Notes: a model not told the origin generated them from the sequence alone. A stretch of 64,000 nt of DNA from Parcubacteria group bacterium GW2011_GWA1_56_13 (GCA_001004905.1 LCRY01000002.1:269873-333872), one strand, 5' to 3'; shown: positions 1-9,768, counted from the first letter of the stretch. A program made the numbers and translations.

Positions 1-938
1 GCCGCGGCCGCCGCTTGCGCGGTCGCGGCCGGACCATGCACGATCTCCGTTACGAGCCGCGCCAGGGTTTCCTGGGCCTGCCGGTCGCCCGGGCTGCGCG
101 CGTGCAGTTCCATAAGCGCGGAAATCTCGATAAGCGACAGGAACGTGTACACCTTGAGATACTTCTCGATGCTCTCGTCGGGCAGGTTTATCCAGAATTG
201 GTAGAAGCGGAAGGGCGAGGTCTTCTTCGCGTCGAGCCAGACGGCATTGCCCTCCGACTTGCCGAACTTCTTCCCTGTCGCATCGGTGATGAGCGGCATC
301 GTGAACGCATACACGTCTTTGCCGAGTTTCTTATGGATGAGGTCGACGCCGGAAAGGATGTTCGTCCACTGGTCACTCGCGCCGAACTGCAGGTCGCATC
401 CGTACTTCTCATGCAAGACGAGATAATCAAACCCCTGGAGGAGCGTGTACGAGAATTCAGCATACGAAATGCTCTCGTCAGGGGTTTCGATGCGCTTCCT
501 GACCAGGTCGCGCTTGATGAGGTCGTTGACGGTGAAAAATTTGCCGACCTCGCGCAGGAACGGAAGCAGTTTTACTTTTGAGAGCCAGTCGGCATTGTCC
601 ACTATCTTAAAAGGAACGCTCCCGAGAATCCTTTTAATCTGGGTTTTGATTGCGCGCGTGTTCGCCGCAACCGTCCTCTCGTCTTGCATTGGTCTCTCCC
701 CTTTTTCCTTCGGGTCGCCGATCTGGCCGGTGCCGCCGCCGACGAGGAAGATGAGCGTATGCCCCGCCTCACCAAGGCGCTTCATAGTCAGAATAGAGGC
801 AAGATTACCTATCTGCAGCGAGTCGGCGCTGGGGTCGAATCCGTTGTATGCAACCCGCGGGACGGAGAAAATCTTCTCTGGCGCCGTGGAGGAATGCTCA
901 ATAAGGCCGCGCGCTTTCAGTTCTTCAGCGAGAGTCAT
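1..938 (-). CDS. tyrS: Tyrosine--tRNA ligase, 3' end outside the window
   Basis: Hand translation from ATG 938: MTLAEELKARGLIE...YNGFDPSADSLQIGN...LLQGFD...QFGASDQWTNI...KFGKSEGNAVWL. Confidence 0.95.
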   Translation of the reverse strand, partial: MTLAEELKARGLIEHSSTAPEKIFSVPRVAYNGFDPSADSLQIGNLASILTMKRLGEAGHTLIFLVGGGTGQIGDPKEKGERPMQDERTVAANTRAIKTQIKRILGSVPFKIVDNADWLSKVKLLPFLREVGKFFTVNDLIKRDLVRKRIETPDESISYAEFSYTLLQGFDYLVLHEKYGCDLQFGASDQWTNILSGVDLIHKKLGKDVYAFTMPLITDATGKKFGKSEGNAVWLDAKKTSPFRFYQFWINLPDESIEKYLKVYTFLSLIEISALMELHARSPGDRQAQETLARLVTEIVHGPAATAQAAAA

Positions 939-953
939 GCAAAAACTATACCA

Positions 954-1475
954 CTAGCGGGCGAGGAAGAAGAGGCCAACGGCGGGAGAAACGAACCACC
1001 AGAAGAAATATCTTTCCGGGGCGAACAGGATGTCGAGAGCCGGTGTGAACTGGTACACGGGGGCGACCGGAAACATGTGGTACGCAAGCGCGAGCAGGAA
1101 CGCCGCGCCAAGGAAGGAGAGCGCAATGACTCCGAATATGCCAATGTAGAGGAAATCGGAAACGACAACGCGCCGGAGGACGATGTAGAACAGGAACGCG
1201 AGGCCGGCAAAGAGTCCGGCCTGGGCGAGAAGCGCGGTCATCGCCGGGGCCGTGGGTAGAAGCGACTTGTAAGGAAAGGCGATGTAGAGCGCGTAGGCGC
1301 AATAGAACGAAAGTAGGACCGCGACGAGCTGGCCGCGGCCGACGTACCACGCAAAAAGAAAGAAAACGGAGAGTAGGACGAGAATGATGAGAAAATCGCC
1401 CGCGGCGTTCCACGCCGTGAGCGCGGTGTGCGTTGCGAGCGTATTCACCTGCGCAAGTCCTTCGGTGGCAGTCAT
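954..1475 (-). CDS. Multi-pass membrane protein
   Basis: Several hydrophobic helices; ATG 1475 lies 6 nt after TATACT. Confidence 0.75.
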   Translation of the reverse strand: MTATEGLAQVNTLATHTALTAWNAAGDFLIILVLLSVFFLFAWYVGRGQLVAVLLSFYCAYALYIAFPYKSLLPTAPAMTALLAQAGLFAGLAFLFYIVLRRVVVSDFLYIGIFGVIALSFLGAAFLLALAYHMFPVAPVYQFTPALDILFAPERYFFWWFVSPAVGLFFLAR

Positions 1476-1491
1476 GCCCCCAGTATACGGC

Positions 1492-2592
1492 CTAGAGCCC
1501 TTCGGATTTGAGGTCGTCAACAACCTTGCGGGCTTTGCCGGAGAGCTTCTGCGGAAGCGCGACTTCAAGCCGGATGATAAGGTCGCCCCGGCCGCCTTCA
1601 AGCGGTATTCCCTTTCCTCCCACCCGCAGCAGCTCCTCCGCGCGTTTCATCGGCGGTATCTTCACCTCGAGCGCCTTTCCCTCCAGGGTTTCGATGGAGA
1701 CGGTAGTGCCGAGAAGCGCGTCGGTGAGCTTTACCGGCAAGCTCATAACGAGATTCCCCCCGTCACGACGGAATTGCGGATGCGGCTTCACGTGTATCTT
1801 GACGTACAGGTCGCCCGCAATACCGGTCTTGACCGCCTCCCCCTTCCCCTGCATGCGTATCATTTCCCCGTTATCAATGCCGGAAGGAATGCGAATGTGC
1901 ACTTCTTCCTGCTTGCGCCGTGTGCCATGGCCTCTGCATTCGGGACATTTCTCCTTCGGTATCTTCCCGCTGCCCTCGCAGGCGGAACAGACGCGGACGG
2001 TAGTGAATTGCCCGAGAATGGAATTGCGCGTCTCGTGGACGCGGCCACTGCCGTTGCAGGTGGAACACTTCTCAAGCTCGGTACCCGGCTTCGCTCCCGA
2101 GCCGCGGCAAAGGTCGCAGGTGGAAACTTTTGCGATGAGGACGTTCCGGGTCGTGCCGAAGATAGCGTCCTTGAACGCTATTTCGAGGTCAATAGAAATG
2201 TCGCGTCCCCGGGGAGTCTGCTGACGCGCGGCCCTGCCGGAGAATATGTCGCCGAAGATATCGCCGAAATCTCCGCCGAATGCGGGTCCGCCTTCGGTGG
2301 AGAATTCAAAATTACCGTTCCGGAACATGTCATTGAAATCAAATCCGCCGAATGGATTGCCACCCGCAGGTCCTGAACCCCCGGCGAACGCTTGGCCGTA
2401 CGCGTCGTACTCACGACGCTTTTTGTCGTCGCTTAAGACCGAATAGGCCTCGGTAATTTCTTTGAACTTCGCTTCGTCGGTGCCCCCCTTATCGGGATGG
2501 TATTTATGCGCGAGCTTCCGGAAGGCCTTTTTGATATCCTCCTTGGTGGCCTTCCGGTCCACCCCGAGCACGTTGTAATAGTCCTTGGTCAT
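1492..2592 (-). CDS. dnaJ: Chaperone DnaJ
   Basis: J domain with HPD, G/F-rich linker, four CxxCxGxG repeats. Confidence 0.97.
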   Translation of the reverse strand: MTKDYYNVLGVDRKATKEDIKKAFRKLAHKYHPDKGGTDEAKFKEITEAYSVLSDDKKRREYDAYGQAFAGGSGPAGGNPFGGFDFNDMFRNGNFEFSTEGGPAFGGDFGDIFGDIFSGRAARQQTPRGRDISIDLEIAFKDAIFGTTRNVLIAKVSTCDLCRGSGAKPGTELEKCSTCNGSGRVHETRNSILGQFTTVRVCSACEGSGKIPKEKCPECRGHGTRRKQEEVHIRIPSGIDNGEMIRMQGKGEAVKTGIAGDLYVKIHVKPHPQFRRDGGNLVMSLPVKLTDALLGTTVSIETLEGKALEVKIPPMKRAEELLRVGGKGIPLEGGRGDLIIRLEVALPQKLSGKARKVVDDLKSEGL

Positions 2593-4493
2593 GGTTTTTC
2601 TTTAAATTCCGCGTCGGTCGGACCGGAAGATTCGGGGGGAGGATTCTGCGTCCCTCCTGCGTCGGGACCTGCGGCTGCACCTCCGGTCTGCTGCGCTTTC
2701 ATGACCGCTTCGCCTATCTTCATCATTGCCTGCGAAAGGTTGTCGGTCGCGGTTTTGATGGTCGCGGGGTCCTCGCTGTTGCGAGCGGTCTTGAGGGCGT
2801 CTATCTTGTCCTGCACTTCCTTCACTATCTCGGCCCCTACTTTTTCACCGTTGTCTTTTATCGCCTTCTCGGCGGCATACACGGCCTGGTCGGCGACATT
2901 GCGCGCCTCGACAAGCTCCTTGCGCTTCGCGTCGTCGGAGGCATGCGCCTCGGCATCGGCCGCCATCTTCTCGATGTCGGTCTTCGAGAGGCCCGTGGAG
3001 CCCTCGATGCGGATACTCTGCTCTTTGCCGGTCGTCTTTTCCTTCGCCTTCACCGTGAGGATACCGGAGGCGTCCACATCGAACGTCACTTCGATCTGCG
3101 GCATGCCGCGCGGGGACGGCGGGATGCCGTCGAGCATGAATTTGCCGAGCGACTTGTTGTCGGCGCTCATCGCGCGCTCGCCCTGCGTGATATGGATCTC
3201 GACCGACGGCTGGTTGTCGGCGGCGGTAGAAAATACCTGCGAGCGGCTGGTCGGGATGGCCGTGTTGCGCTCAATGAGCTTGGTCGCCACGCCGCCCATC
3301 GTCTCGATCGCGAGCGACAGCGGGATAACATCAACGAGCAGGATGTCTTTTACGTCGCCCTGCAGGATGCCCGCCTGGATGGCCGCGCCCACCGCAACAA
3401 CCTCGTCGGGATTAACGCTCATGTTCGGCTTCTTGCCGAAGAATTTTTCGACTTCCGCCTGGAGCTTCGGCATGCGGGTCTGGCCGCCGACCAGGATAAC
3501 CTCATTGATATCGGCCACCGTAAACGGCGACGCGTCCATCGCGCGCTTGGTGATGCTCATTGCGCGCTCGATGAATTCCGCAGCAAGGTCTTCGAGCTTC
3601 GCGCGTGTCATCTTGATGAGCATGTGCCGCGGGCCGGAGGCGTCCGAGGTGAGGAACGGGATATTTATCTCGGTCTCCATCGCGCTTGAAAGTTCTATCT
3701 TCGCCTTCTCGGCGGCCTCGTCGAGCCGCTGGCGCGCGAGCGCATCGCCACGCACATCGATGCCGCTCTCTTTTTTGAATTCGTCGGCAAGCCAGTTGAT
3801 TATCTTCTGGTCGATATCCTTGCCGCCCAGGTGCGCGTCGCCGTCGGTACTCTTCACCTCAATGACATCGCCGCCTACATCGAGTACCGAAATGTCGAAT
3901 GTTCCGCCGCCGAAGTCGAAGACCGCTATTTTCTCGTCTTTTTTCTTGTTGAAACCGTATGCAAGCGCGGCCGCCGTCGGCTCGTTGATGATGCGCTTCA
4001 CTTCAAGCCCGGCGATCTGCCCCGCGGCCTTGGTCGCGCTGCGCTGGTCGTCATTGAAGTACGCGGGGACGGTAATAACGGCTTCGGTTATCTTTTCGCC
4101 CAGCCTCGCTTCGGCGTCGGCTTTGAACTTGCCGAGTATCATCGCGGATATCTCTTCCGGCCGGTACCACTTATCCGTCATCTTGACCTCAATGCCGCCA
4201 TTGTCCGCTTTGCGCATTTCGAACGGCACGGCCGCCTTGTCTTTCTGCGCTGCAGGTTCGTCAAAGGAGTGGCCGATGAAGCGCTTGATCTGGAATATGG
4301 TGTTGAGCGGGTTCGTGACCGACTGACGCTTGGCAAGGGTGCCGACGATCCTCTCGCCGGTCTTCCCCACCGCCACAATGGACGGGGTGGTACGGGCGCC
4401 TTCGGCGTTCTCGAGCACGCGTGGCTCGCCGCCTTCGACGATAGCCATCGCGGAATTGGTCGTGCCTAGATCTATACCGAGAATTTTTGCCAT
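2589..4493 (-). CDS. dnaK: Chaperone DnaK
   Basis: [17 protein letters not shown] and DFGGGTFD motifs. Confidence 0.98.
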   Translation of the reverse strand: MAKILGIDLGTTNSAMAIVEGGEPRVLENAEGARTTPSIVAVGKTGERIVGTLAKRQSVTNPLNTIFQIKRFIGHSFDEPAAQKDKAAVPFEMRKADNGGIEVKMTDKWYRPEEISAMILGKFKADAEARLGEKITEAVITVPAYFNDDQRSATKAAGQIAGLEVKRIINEPTAAALAYGFNKKKDEKIAVFDFGGGTFDISVLDVGGDVIEVKSTDGDAHLGGKDIDQKIINWLADEFKKESGIDVRGDALARQRLDEAAEKAKIELSSAMETEINIPFLTSDASGPRHMLIKMTRAKLEDLAAEFIERAMSITKRAMDASPFTVADINEVILVGGQTRMPKLQAEVEKFFGKKPNMSVNPDEVVAVGAAIQAGILQGDVKDILLVDVIPLSLAIETMGGVATKLIERNTAIPTSRSQVFSTAADNQPSVEIHITQGERAMSADNKSLGKFMLDGIPPSPRGMPQIEVTFDVDASGILTVKAKEKTTGKEQSIRIEGSTGLSKTDIEKMAADAEAHASDDAKRKELVEARNVADQAVYAAEKAIKDNGEKVGAEIVKEVQDKIDALKTARNSEDPATIKTATDNLSQAMMKIGEAVMKAQQTGGAAAGPDAGGTQNPPPESSGPTDAEFKEKP

Positions 4494-4548
4494 AGTGTTT
4501 TTAAAGTTAGGAACCTATTTTACGTAAATCTTCATTCTCATGCAACAT

Positions 4549-5112
4549 TCAGGTCTGCTTGCCGGCGACCTGGTCGAAGTGCCCGACGCGAACTTTTGCC
4601 GGACGAATGACAGTGGGGCCTATCCTCCATCCTTTTTCCAAGAGTGCCGTGATGGTGTTGTCTGCCTCCATCGAATCTACCGTGTCTTGTCCGAATGCCT
4701 CGTGAAGCGCAGGGTCGAACATTCCGCCAATGTGGCCCACCTCTTCAAGACCGAGCGCGGCGAAGGCACTCTCAAGCTGGCGCGCGATCGCGAGAAAGCC
4801 CTGTGATATCTCCCCATGCTCCTTGGCGCGCTCGAGGGCGTCAAAGGCCGGCAGAAGCGTCTCCACCGCCTTTATCTTCCCGGCGAGTTCCGCCGTTTTA
4901 ACGTCTCCTTCGAACCGCTTGAGCGCGTTTATGTAATCGGCTTTGGCCCTCTGCCATCCGTCCATGTATTCCTGCTTTTCTTTTCGGCACGCCCCAAGCT
5001 CCTCTCGAAGTTTTTTTACCTTCGCGGACGCTCCCTCGGGGGACTCGGGATCTTCGGACCCGCCAGAAGCTTCTGGGTCCTCGGCTATGATTTTTACTTC
5101 GTCCTCATCCAT
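4549..5112 (-). CDS. grpE: Nucleotide exchange factor GrpE
   Basis: RAKADYIN, FDPALHEA, GWRIG..VIRPAKV; lies upstream of dnaK; start set at MDEDEV. Confidence 0.93.
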   Translation of the reverse strand: MDEDEVKIIAEDPEASGGSEDPESPEGASAKVKKLREELGACRKEKQEYMDGWQRAKADYINALKRFEGDVKTAELAGKIKAVETLLPAFDALERAKEHGEISQGFLAIARQLESAFAALGLEEVGHIGGMFDPALHEAFGQDTVDSMEADNTITALLEKGWRIGPTVIRPAKVRVGHFDQVAGKQT

Positions 5113-5191
5113 TTCCCTACTATGCCCGAAAATGCATGCGGAGTCAAAAAGATAATCGCGGGACCGAACGGCCCCGCGATCGTTAGCTTTG

Positions 5192-6109
5192 TCATACATG
5201 GACAAGAGAGTAGCCAATCCCACGTTCGGTTTTTATCGCGTAGGGACAGCCATTCAAGAACTTCCTGAGCCGCGTCACAAGCGCGTCCACCGCCCGCTCC
5301 TCAATGAACACGCTCGGTCCCCATACCGCGTCCAGGATGGCTTGCCGGACATGGAGACGGCCGACGGGATTGGCGAGGAAGCGGAGCAGATTATACGAAC
5401 GCGTGCGGATGACGTCCCGCCGAGGATTCGTGACGCCAATTTCCACCTCAAAATTGTCGTAGACGGTTATTCCCTCGAGGATGAGCAGAGGTCTTGACCC
5501 GGGTTTCGGTTCAGGCGCGATAAGAACTGTTTCTTTGTGCTGTTCTTTCGACCTGTCAAGGACCAGAAACCCCCGGCGTACTGCCTCAATTACCGCACAA
5601 ATTCTGTTCGGCGTAGAGAGTTTCCCGAGAATATGCCCCACGTGATTTCTGACCGTTTCCTTGGAGATCTGGAGGATGGAACCGATTTCCGCATTGGTTT
5701 TCCCCTCCGCTATCCACCTCAATACGTCCTGCTCCCGCGATGAAAGCAAGGATGGCATGTTTCCTCCCTGAAGAATTGTTTGCGTAAAGGGTTTGGGTGC
5801 TGATTTTGCTGCGGAGTTTTCATGATCCCTTTGCTGATCCTTCTGTATAGGACAGATCGCGCTCAATGTGCGCTCCAATTCCGCCATGTGCATCTCAACC
5901 TCAGAGCCACGGAAGATAACAAATCCATGGGAGGTCGCTTCCTCCACGACACGGAAACGCTTCCGGACCGAAAACGCCGCAAGGATATTGTGTACATCCT
6001 GGGCAACTTTATTTCTGGAGATGTCGAGGATCTGACTGATTTCGTCATTTGTTTTCCCCTTCGCCATCAGCTCGAAGACCCTGAGGCGGCGGTGTACATA
6101 AGGTTTCAT
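5192..6109 (-). CDS. Transcriptional regulator with two LuxR-type HTH domains and a C-terminal OmpR/PhoB winged helix
   Basis: AKGKTNDEISQILDIS; LSSREQDVLRWIAEGKTNAEIGSILQISKETVRNHV; ILDAVWG...RAVDALVTRLRKFL...IKTERGIGY; GGAGG before ATG 6109. Confidence 0.85.
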   Translation of the reverse strand: MKPYVHRRLRVFELMAKGKTNDEISQILDISRNKVAQDVHNILAAFSVRKRFRVVEEATSHGFVIFRGSEVEMHMAELERTLSAICPIQKDQQRDHENSAAKSAPKPFTQTILQGGNMPSLLSSREQDVLRWIAEGKTNAEIGSILQISKETVRNHVGHILGKLSTPNRICAVIEAVRRGFLVLDRSKEQHKETVLIAPEPKPGSRPLLILEGITVYDNFEVEIGVTNPRRDVIRTRSYNLLRFLANPVGRLHVRQAILDAVWGPSVFIEERAVDALVTRLRKFLNGCPYAIKTERGIGYSLVHV

Positions 6110-6208
6110 TACGCCTCCCTGACGAATGTATCCAAGCGGGATTGCCTGGTCTAAGATGAGGTATAGCATAAAAAATCGCCGTGGTCGGTACTAACCGCTG
6201 CACGGAGT

Positions 6209-6238
6209 AAAAAGAAGACCCCCGCTGAAGCGGGGGTT
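6209..6238 (-). terminator. Intrinsic terminator
   Basis: CCCCCGC/GCGGGGG stem followed by a T-rich tract on the minus strand. Confidence 0.7.
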
Positions 6239-6260
6239 CCCATTAACGGCCGCGCGGTGA

Positions 6261-6488
6261 CTACCCATCGGCGTCGTCCAGTGCGCACTGGTTGGAGCAG
6301 TAGACGGCGAGGTGTGCCGGAGAAAGTGGCACGTCACAAGCTCCGTTCATGCAGTGCCTGCCCGCCGGGTGATTCTGGGGAACGAGCCATCCTCGGCCGA
6401 GGCATACCTCGCACCCATGTCCTCCGCAGGGGTCGCATTGCACGCTATCCGGCGGATAGTTTTTATCCTTCGGAATGCTCGTATCCAT
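6261..6488 (-). CDS. Small Cys-rich, putative zinc-binding protein
   Basis: CDPCGGHGCEVCLGRG and C-x4-C...YCSNQC; AGGAG upstream. Confidence 0.7.
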   Translation of the reverse strand: MDTSIPKDKNYPPDSVQCDPCGGHGCEVCLGRGWLVPQNHPAGRHCMNGACDVPLSPAHLAVYCSNQCALDDADG

Positions 6489-6501
6489 CTCGGTTCTCCT
6501 C

Positions 6502-6711
6502 TCAAAAAGAGTTTGCTGGGCGAATGAGCGTCGCATCCGGTTTTCCATTGATCTTGGTGCCGACGAGTGCCGACGGTACCGGCTCCCATTTCCCGGTCGT
6601 GGAGTCGTATACGTCGGTTTTCTTCAGCTCTTCCCCGGCGCGAAGACAGCGTCCAAAAACCGCTTCTTCCTGGTTCCGGGGATGCAAATGCAGAATGTTC
6701 ATTCCGTTCAT
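6502..6711 (-). CDS. Small hypothetical protein, paralog of 7555-7746
   Basis: SD-like GGGAGAG; shares HPR...GR.L..GE....DVYDS..G.W...IRPA with 7555-7746. Confidence 0.7.
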   Translation of the reverse strand: MNGMNILHLHPRNQEEAVFGRCLRAGEELKKTDVYDSTTGKWEPVPSALVGTKINGKPDATLIRPANSF

Positions 6712-6750
6712 GCTCTCCCTTTCTTTCAAGGACTGGAACTGTCCAGGCGA

Positions 6751-6779
6751 ACTCTATTCCTGCATTTACACCAAGTCAA
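6751..6779 (-). promoter_or_regulatory. Sigma70-type promoter
   Basis: TTGACT-17 nt-TAGAGT. Confidence 0.65.
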
Positions 6780-6814
6780 ATCCCATGGCGGGCACGTAGT
6801 GCCCGCCATGGGAT
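6780..6814. repeat. Perfect 16-bp hairpin downstream of the LUD gene
   Basis: ATCCCATGGCGGGCAC-GTA-GTGCCCGCCATGGGAT. Confidence 0.8.
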
Positions 6815-6827
6815 GCGGTCCAGGAAA

Positions 6828-7448
6828 TTAAAAGCCGAGCTTTTCGTTGACGAAGATAACGTGGACTCGCCTGTTCTGTTTCTCCTGATGCAGTATCACG
6901 GTCTTGCTGTGCGCCGTGTGAGAGCCGTATTTCTTCAGTATATTCACGTCTTCGAGCGGCAGGATGTACGTATCTATCCGTTCAAAAGCATCTGGTAAAT
7001 CCCGGACTATCTTCTGCGTGCCAACGACAAGTATGATGTTCGGCGAGGTATATACCACGTGCGGCAGCTGACTGCCGGTATTGGACGCGATGACGATTTC
7101 CCCGGCCTCGGTGATGGCGTGCGCACTGCCGAGGTAATAGTCCGAAATGACCGATAATTTGCGCAGTTCCTTTTGCCGTTCCGGGTCCTTTTCGACGAGA
7201 ACGGCCGCGTGGAGATTATTCCAGCCGTGCGTGCCGTTTTTCAAGTACTCGACAAAACCGATTTCCTCGAGAGTGCGCGAGGAGCCGTTCATGACCGACG
7301 CCCCCGCCGGAATGAGACGTGTAATACGCGCAAGCGCGTCGGCACTCGTCGGAGCTACCTCAGGCAGGAATCCCCGCCCGGCGAGCCCTTTCGTTACTTT
7401 TGCGAGGACCTCTATCGGTGCCAATACGTCAAATGTTCGTGTTTTCAT
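6828..7448 (-). CDS. LUD-domain (LutC/YkgG-like) protein
   Basis: GSSRTLEEIG, YLGSAHAITEAGEIV, VVGTQKIV, ILHQE...VIFVNEKLGF. Confidence 0.85.
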   Translation of the reverse strand: MKTRTFDVLAPIEVLAKVTKGLAGRGFLPEVAPTSADALARITRLIPAGASVMNGSSRTLEEIGFVEYLKNGTHGWNNLHAAVLVEKDPERQKELRKLSVISDYYLGSAHAITEAGEIVIASNTGSQLPHVVYTSPNIILVVGTQKIVRDLPDAFERIDTYILPLEDVNILKKYGSHTAHSKTVILHQEKQNRRVHVIFVNEKLGF

Positions 7449-7506
7449 ATCCCTTCACTATGCCCTATCTAAAAACCGGGGCACCCTGTGGACAACTTTT
7501 GAGGGT

Positions 7507-7535
7507 AAAAAGAAGCCCCGCTGGAAGCGGGGCTT
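7507..7535 (-). terminator. Intrinsic terminator similar to 6209-6238
   Basis: AAGCCCCGC/GCGGGGCTT stem plus T tract. Confidence 0.7.
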
Positions 7536-7554
7536 TAGTTTTCCGAACTCTGTT

Positions 7555-7746
7555 CTACGCGGGACGAATGAATATCATCTCCGCGTTTTCCGGCACCGGG
7601 GTACCAACAGCTTTCCCGGATATCGACTGCCATCCGCTTATGGAGTCGTATACGTCGCCTGTCTTTCGTAGCTCTCCTGGCCCAAGGCGACGTCCTAGAA
7701 CGACGTCTTCGTCGAAACGTGGATGATGATACTTTCGTGCATCCAT
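7555..7746 (-). CDS. Small hypothetical protein, paralog of 6502-6711
   Basis: GGGAGAGGGAG upstream; motif shared with 6502-6711. Confidence 0.7.
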   Translation of the reverse strand: MDARKYHHPRFDEDVVLGRRLGPGELRKTGDVYDSISGWQSISGKAVGTPVPENAEMIFIRPA

Positions 7747-7784
7747 TTCTCCCTCTCCCTAAAGTGGGCAATTGACCCGTCCTG

Positions 7785-7813
7785 ACTTTATTCTGACCTC
7801 CCCATCAAGTCAA
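7785..7813 (-). promoter_or_regulatory. Sigma70-type promoter
   Basis: TTGACT-17 nt-TAAAGT. Confidence 0.65.
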
Positions 7814-8025
7814 ATACCACTTCTTACGCCGCTTGAAATGCGGTATGGTGAGAAAAGACAGATAAAGGAGTATGTCCGTGGAAAATACGCACATCGTCGA
7901 TGGACGAATGTTTATGGAGCAGGCGCGGGCCGAACGAGTAGTGAGCGCTCATCTTGCCTGCCTCCGTTGTGAGCAGGGGGTTTTGAGCAAGGACTACCCT
8001 TGCTCACGACGTTAGGGCCTGTGGA

Positions 8026-8586
8026 TTATAAGATGCCTCTCTTTTTCAGTTCCCGTTCTCGAATCCGTCTCTCAGCTCGGGTTTCTCCCAGATTATTTCT
8101 ATGAGCTTCAGGAATGAAATCGATTTCTCTCAAAGATGGTTGGCAGTAAGAAAATGTTGTTCGTCCATTGAAATTTGTGACAGCAAAGTCACCTGCCCCA
8201 ATAATATCCATACCAATCAGTACCTGTGTATGATCTTTCTCGTCAGCTCCATCGTCTGGGATTAAATCCGCTTCTGTGACACGGACTTGTCCGAACATAG
8301 ACCGACTCGGTAACCCGATATTTATAAGATACGTATTTGTCGAGGACTTTCCTTTGGCATGACGTACCTCTGCTACTCCCGAAGGTTTCAGTCCCAAATC
8401 TCGTACCACCCTTTGAGTGATTGCCGAATTAGTTGCTCCCGTATCCCAAATGGCCGTATATTCTCGAAGTTGATACCCTCCTCTTTCCACCTCCTCTAGC
8501 GTCGCTGCCTCTCCTATCTTCACTTTGTTTGTAAGCACACGCACACGACCTGAGATTTTTGTAGTGAAAGCAAGATGCTGTACCAT
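8026..8586 (-). CDS. Retropepsin-like aspartic protease
   Basis: AIWDTGAT catalytic motif and LIGMDII; AT-rich. Confidence 0.85.
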   Translation of the reverse strand: MVQHLAFTTKISGRVRVLTNKVKIGEAATLEEVERGGYQLREYTAIWDTGATNSAITQRVVRDLGLKPSGVAEVRHAKGKSSTNTYLINIGLPSRSMFGQVRVTEADLIPDDGADEKDHTQVLIGMDIIGAGDFAVTNFNGRTTFSYCQPSLREIDFIPEAHRNNLGETRAERRIRERELKKRGIL

Positions 8587-8597
8587 AACCCGAACTG

Positions 8598-8846
8598 TTA
8601 ACGGAACAAGGCTCTTGAATGAAATGTTTGGGTGTAGGATTCTTCGCCAGGACGACACTCCTGAATAAGGAAAGTACCCAGATCAAATCTCTCCTTGGCT
8701 TCGGTATAAGCTTGGATTTCAGAATCATAATCACCCTTCACTTCCTCGTCCTTGATGACGAGAAATTTCCCTTCATATTTAGAAACCAACTCAGCTTGAT
8801 GTCTCTTAAAATATTCAAGTTCTTTCTGAAGATTTGGTACGTTCAT
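8598..8846 (-). CDS. DUF5678-like small protein paired with the aspartic protease
   Basis: ELVSKYEGKFLVIKDEEVKG pattern; adjacent to the protease gene. Confidence 0.7.
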   Translation of the reverse strand: MNVPNLQKELEYFKRHQAELVSKYEGKFLVIKDEEVKGDYDSEIQAYTEAKERFDLGTFLIQECRPGEESYTQTFHSRALFR

Positions 8847-8870
8847 TTTTAGAGAATAGCACAATAGTTG

Positions 8871-8894
8871 TTAACGCTTCGACCACTGCGGGGC
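8871..8894 (-). repeat. Duplicate of the last 8 codons of rpsI (att-like scar)
   Basis: Encodes APQWSKR*; 20/24 nt identical to 9372-9395, differences only at third codon positions. Confidence 0.85.
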
Positions 8895-8906
8895 GTTGTG
8901 GACGAC

Positions 8907-9128
8907 TTACGCCGCAATTGAAAGTCCAGAGGAGATCTTTACTGGAATCCCATTACGCATGTTCTTCTGAAGTTGATTGCCTGCATCGAGAAGTTCAATA
9001 CCCAAAATATTTCCCTTCTTGTCGAGATCAACGATAAGTTGCTCTTTCATTTCCACGGTTCTAGCCACCTTGCCTTTGCGCAAAGTCATATAAATAGCAT
9101 CCGCCACCTTGTCGTAGTTGATGTTCAT
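8907..9128 (-). CDS. DUF2283-family putative antitoxin
   Basis: YDKVADAIYM...VDLDKKGNILGIELLDA. Confidence 0.85.
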   Translation of the reverse strand: MNINYDKVADAIYMTLRKGKVARTVEMKEQLIVDLDKKGNILGIELLDAGNQLQKNMRNGIPVKISSGLSIAA

Positions 9129-9364
9129 AGATAGTAAGCCGTGCTTATAATGTATTCATTACTTTTGTCTCGAAAACCGTCCTTCCAGTATACCACAACT
9201 ATTGTTTTTGAGCCGATTTTCTTACGAACTCTAGTTCTTCCTTCGAATACAGCTTCTTTTAAATCAGGGTCACGAATTGCCTTTTTTACATGTTCAATCT
9301 GGATATTTCGTTCCTGCATTCGAACTTGAAAGTGATTTGTAAGACGTAATTTCACTTTCGACAT
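9125..9364 (-). CDS. DUF4258-family putative RelE-like toxin
   Basis: LTNHFQVRMQERNI...AIRDPD...IISTAY; stop overlaps the DUF2283 start. Confidence 0.8.
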   Translation of the reverse strand: MSKVKLRLTNHFQVRMQERNIQIEHVKKAIRDPDLKEAVFEGRTRVRKKIGSKTIVVVYWKDGFRDKSNEYIISTAYYL

Positions 9365-9371
9365 ACGAATT

Positions 9372-9767
9372 CTAACGTTTAGACCACTGTGGGGCCTTGC
9401 GAGCCTTTTTGAGACCGGGTTTCTTGCGCTCTTTGGCACGCGGGTCTCGCTTGAGGAAGTGCGCCGCCTTGAGCACTTTGCGGGTCTTCGGCTCCGCCTT
9501 TATTATGGCGCGGCTGATGGCGTGGCGCAGTGCGTCTGCCTGCGCGGCGACGCCGCCGCCCTCCACGTGCGCGACCACCGCGTAGTGTTGTGCGCTCTCC
9601 GCTGTGGCGAGCGCCTCTTCGGCGACCTTGGCTCGCTCGTCCGTCTTAAAATATTCTTTCGGGGTCTTGCCGTTCACCGTCACCGTACCTTTGTCCGCGG
9701 GCGTCATGCGAACCGTCGCGATGGCGGTCTTCCTGCGTCCGACTGCGGTAACAAATTGAGTTGCCAT
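9372..9767 (-). CDS. rpsI: 30S ribosomal protein S9
   Basis: GRRKTAIA...GGGVAAQADA...ERKKPGLKKARKAPQWSKR. Confidence 0.97.
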   Translation of the reverse strand: MATQFVTAVGRRKTAIATVRMTPADKGTVTVNGKTPKEYFKTDERAKVAEEALATAESAQHYAVVAHVEGGGVAAQADALRHAISRAIIKAEPKTRKVLKAAHFLKRDPRAKERKKPGLKKARKAPQWSKR

Positions 9768-9768
9768 G

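Noticed and set aside
2497-4326. 609-aa plus-strand ORF, and similar long ORFs at 43936-45387, 39503-40621 and 56480-57460
   Set aside because: Antisense shadows of GC-rich genes (dnaK and others) with no recognisable motifs
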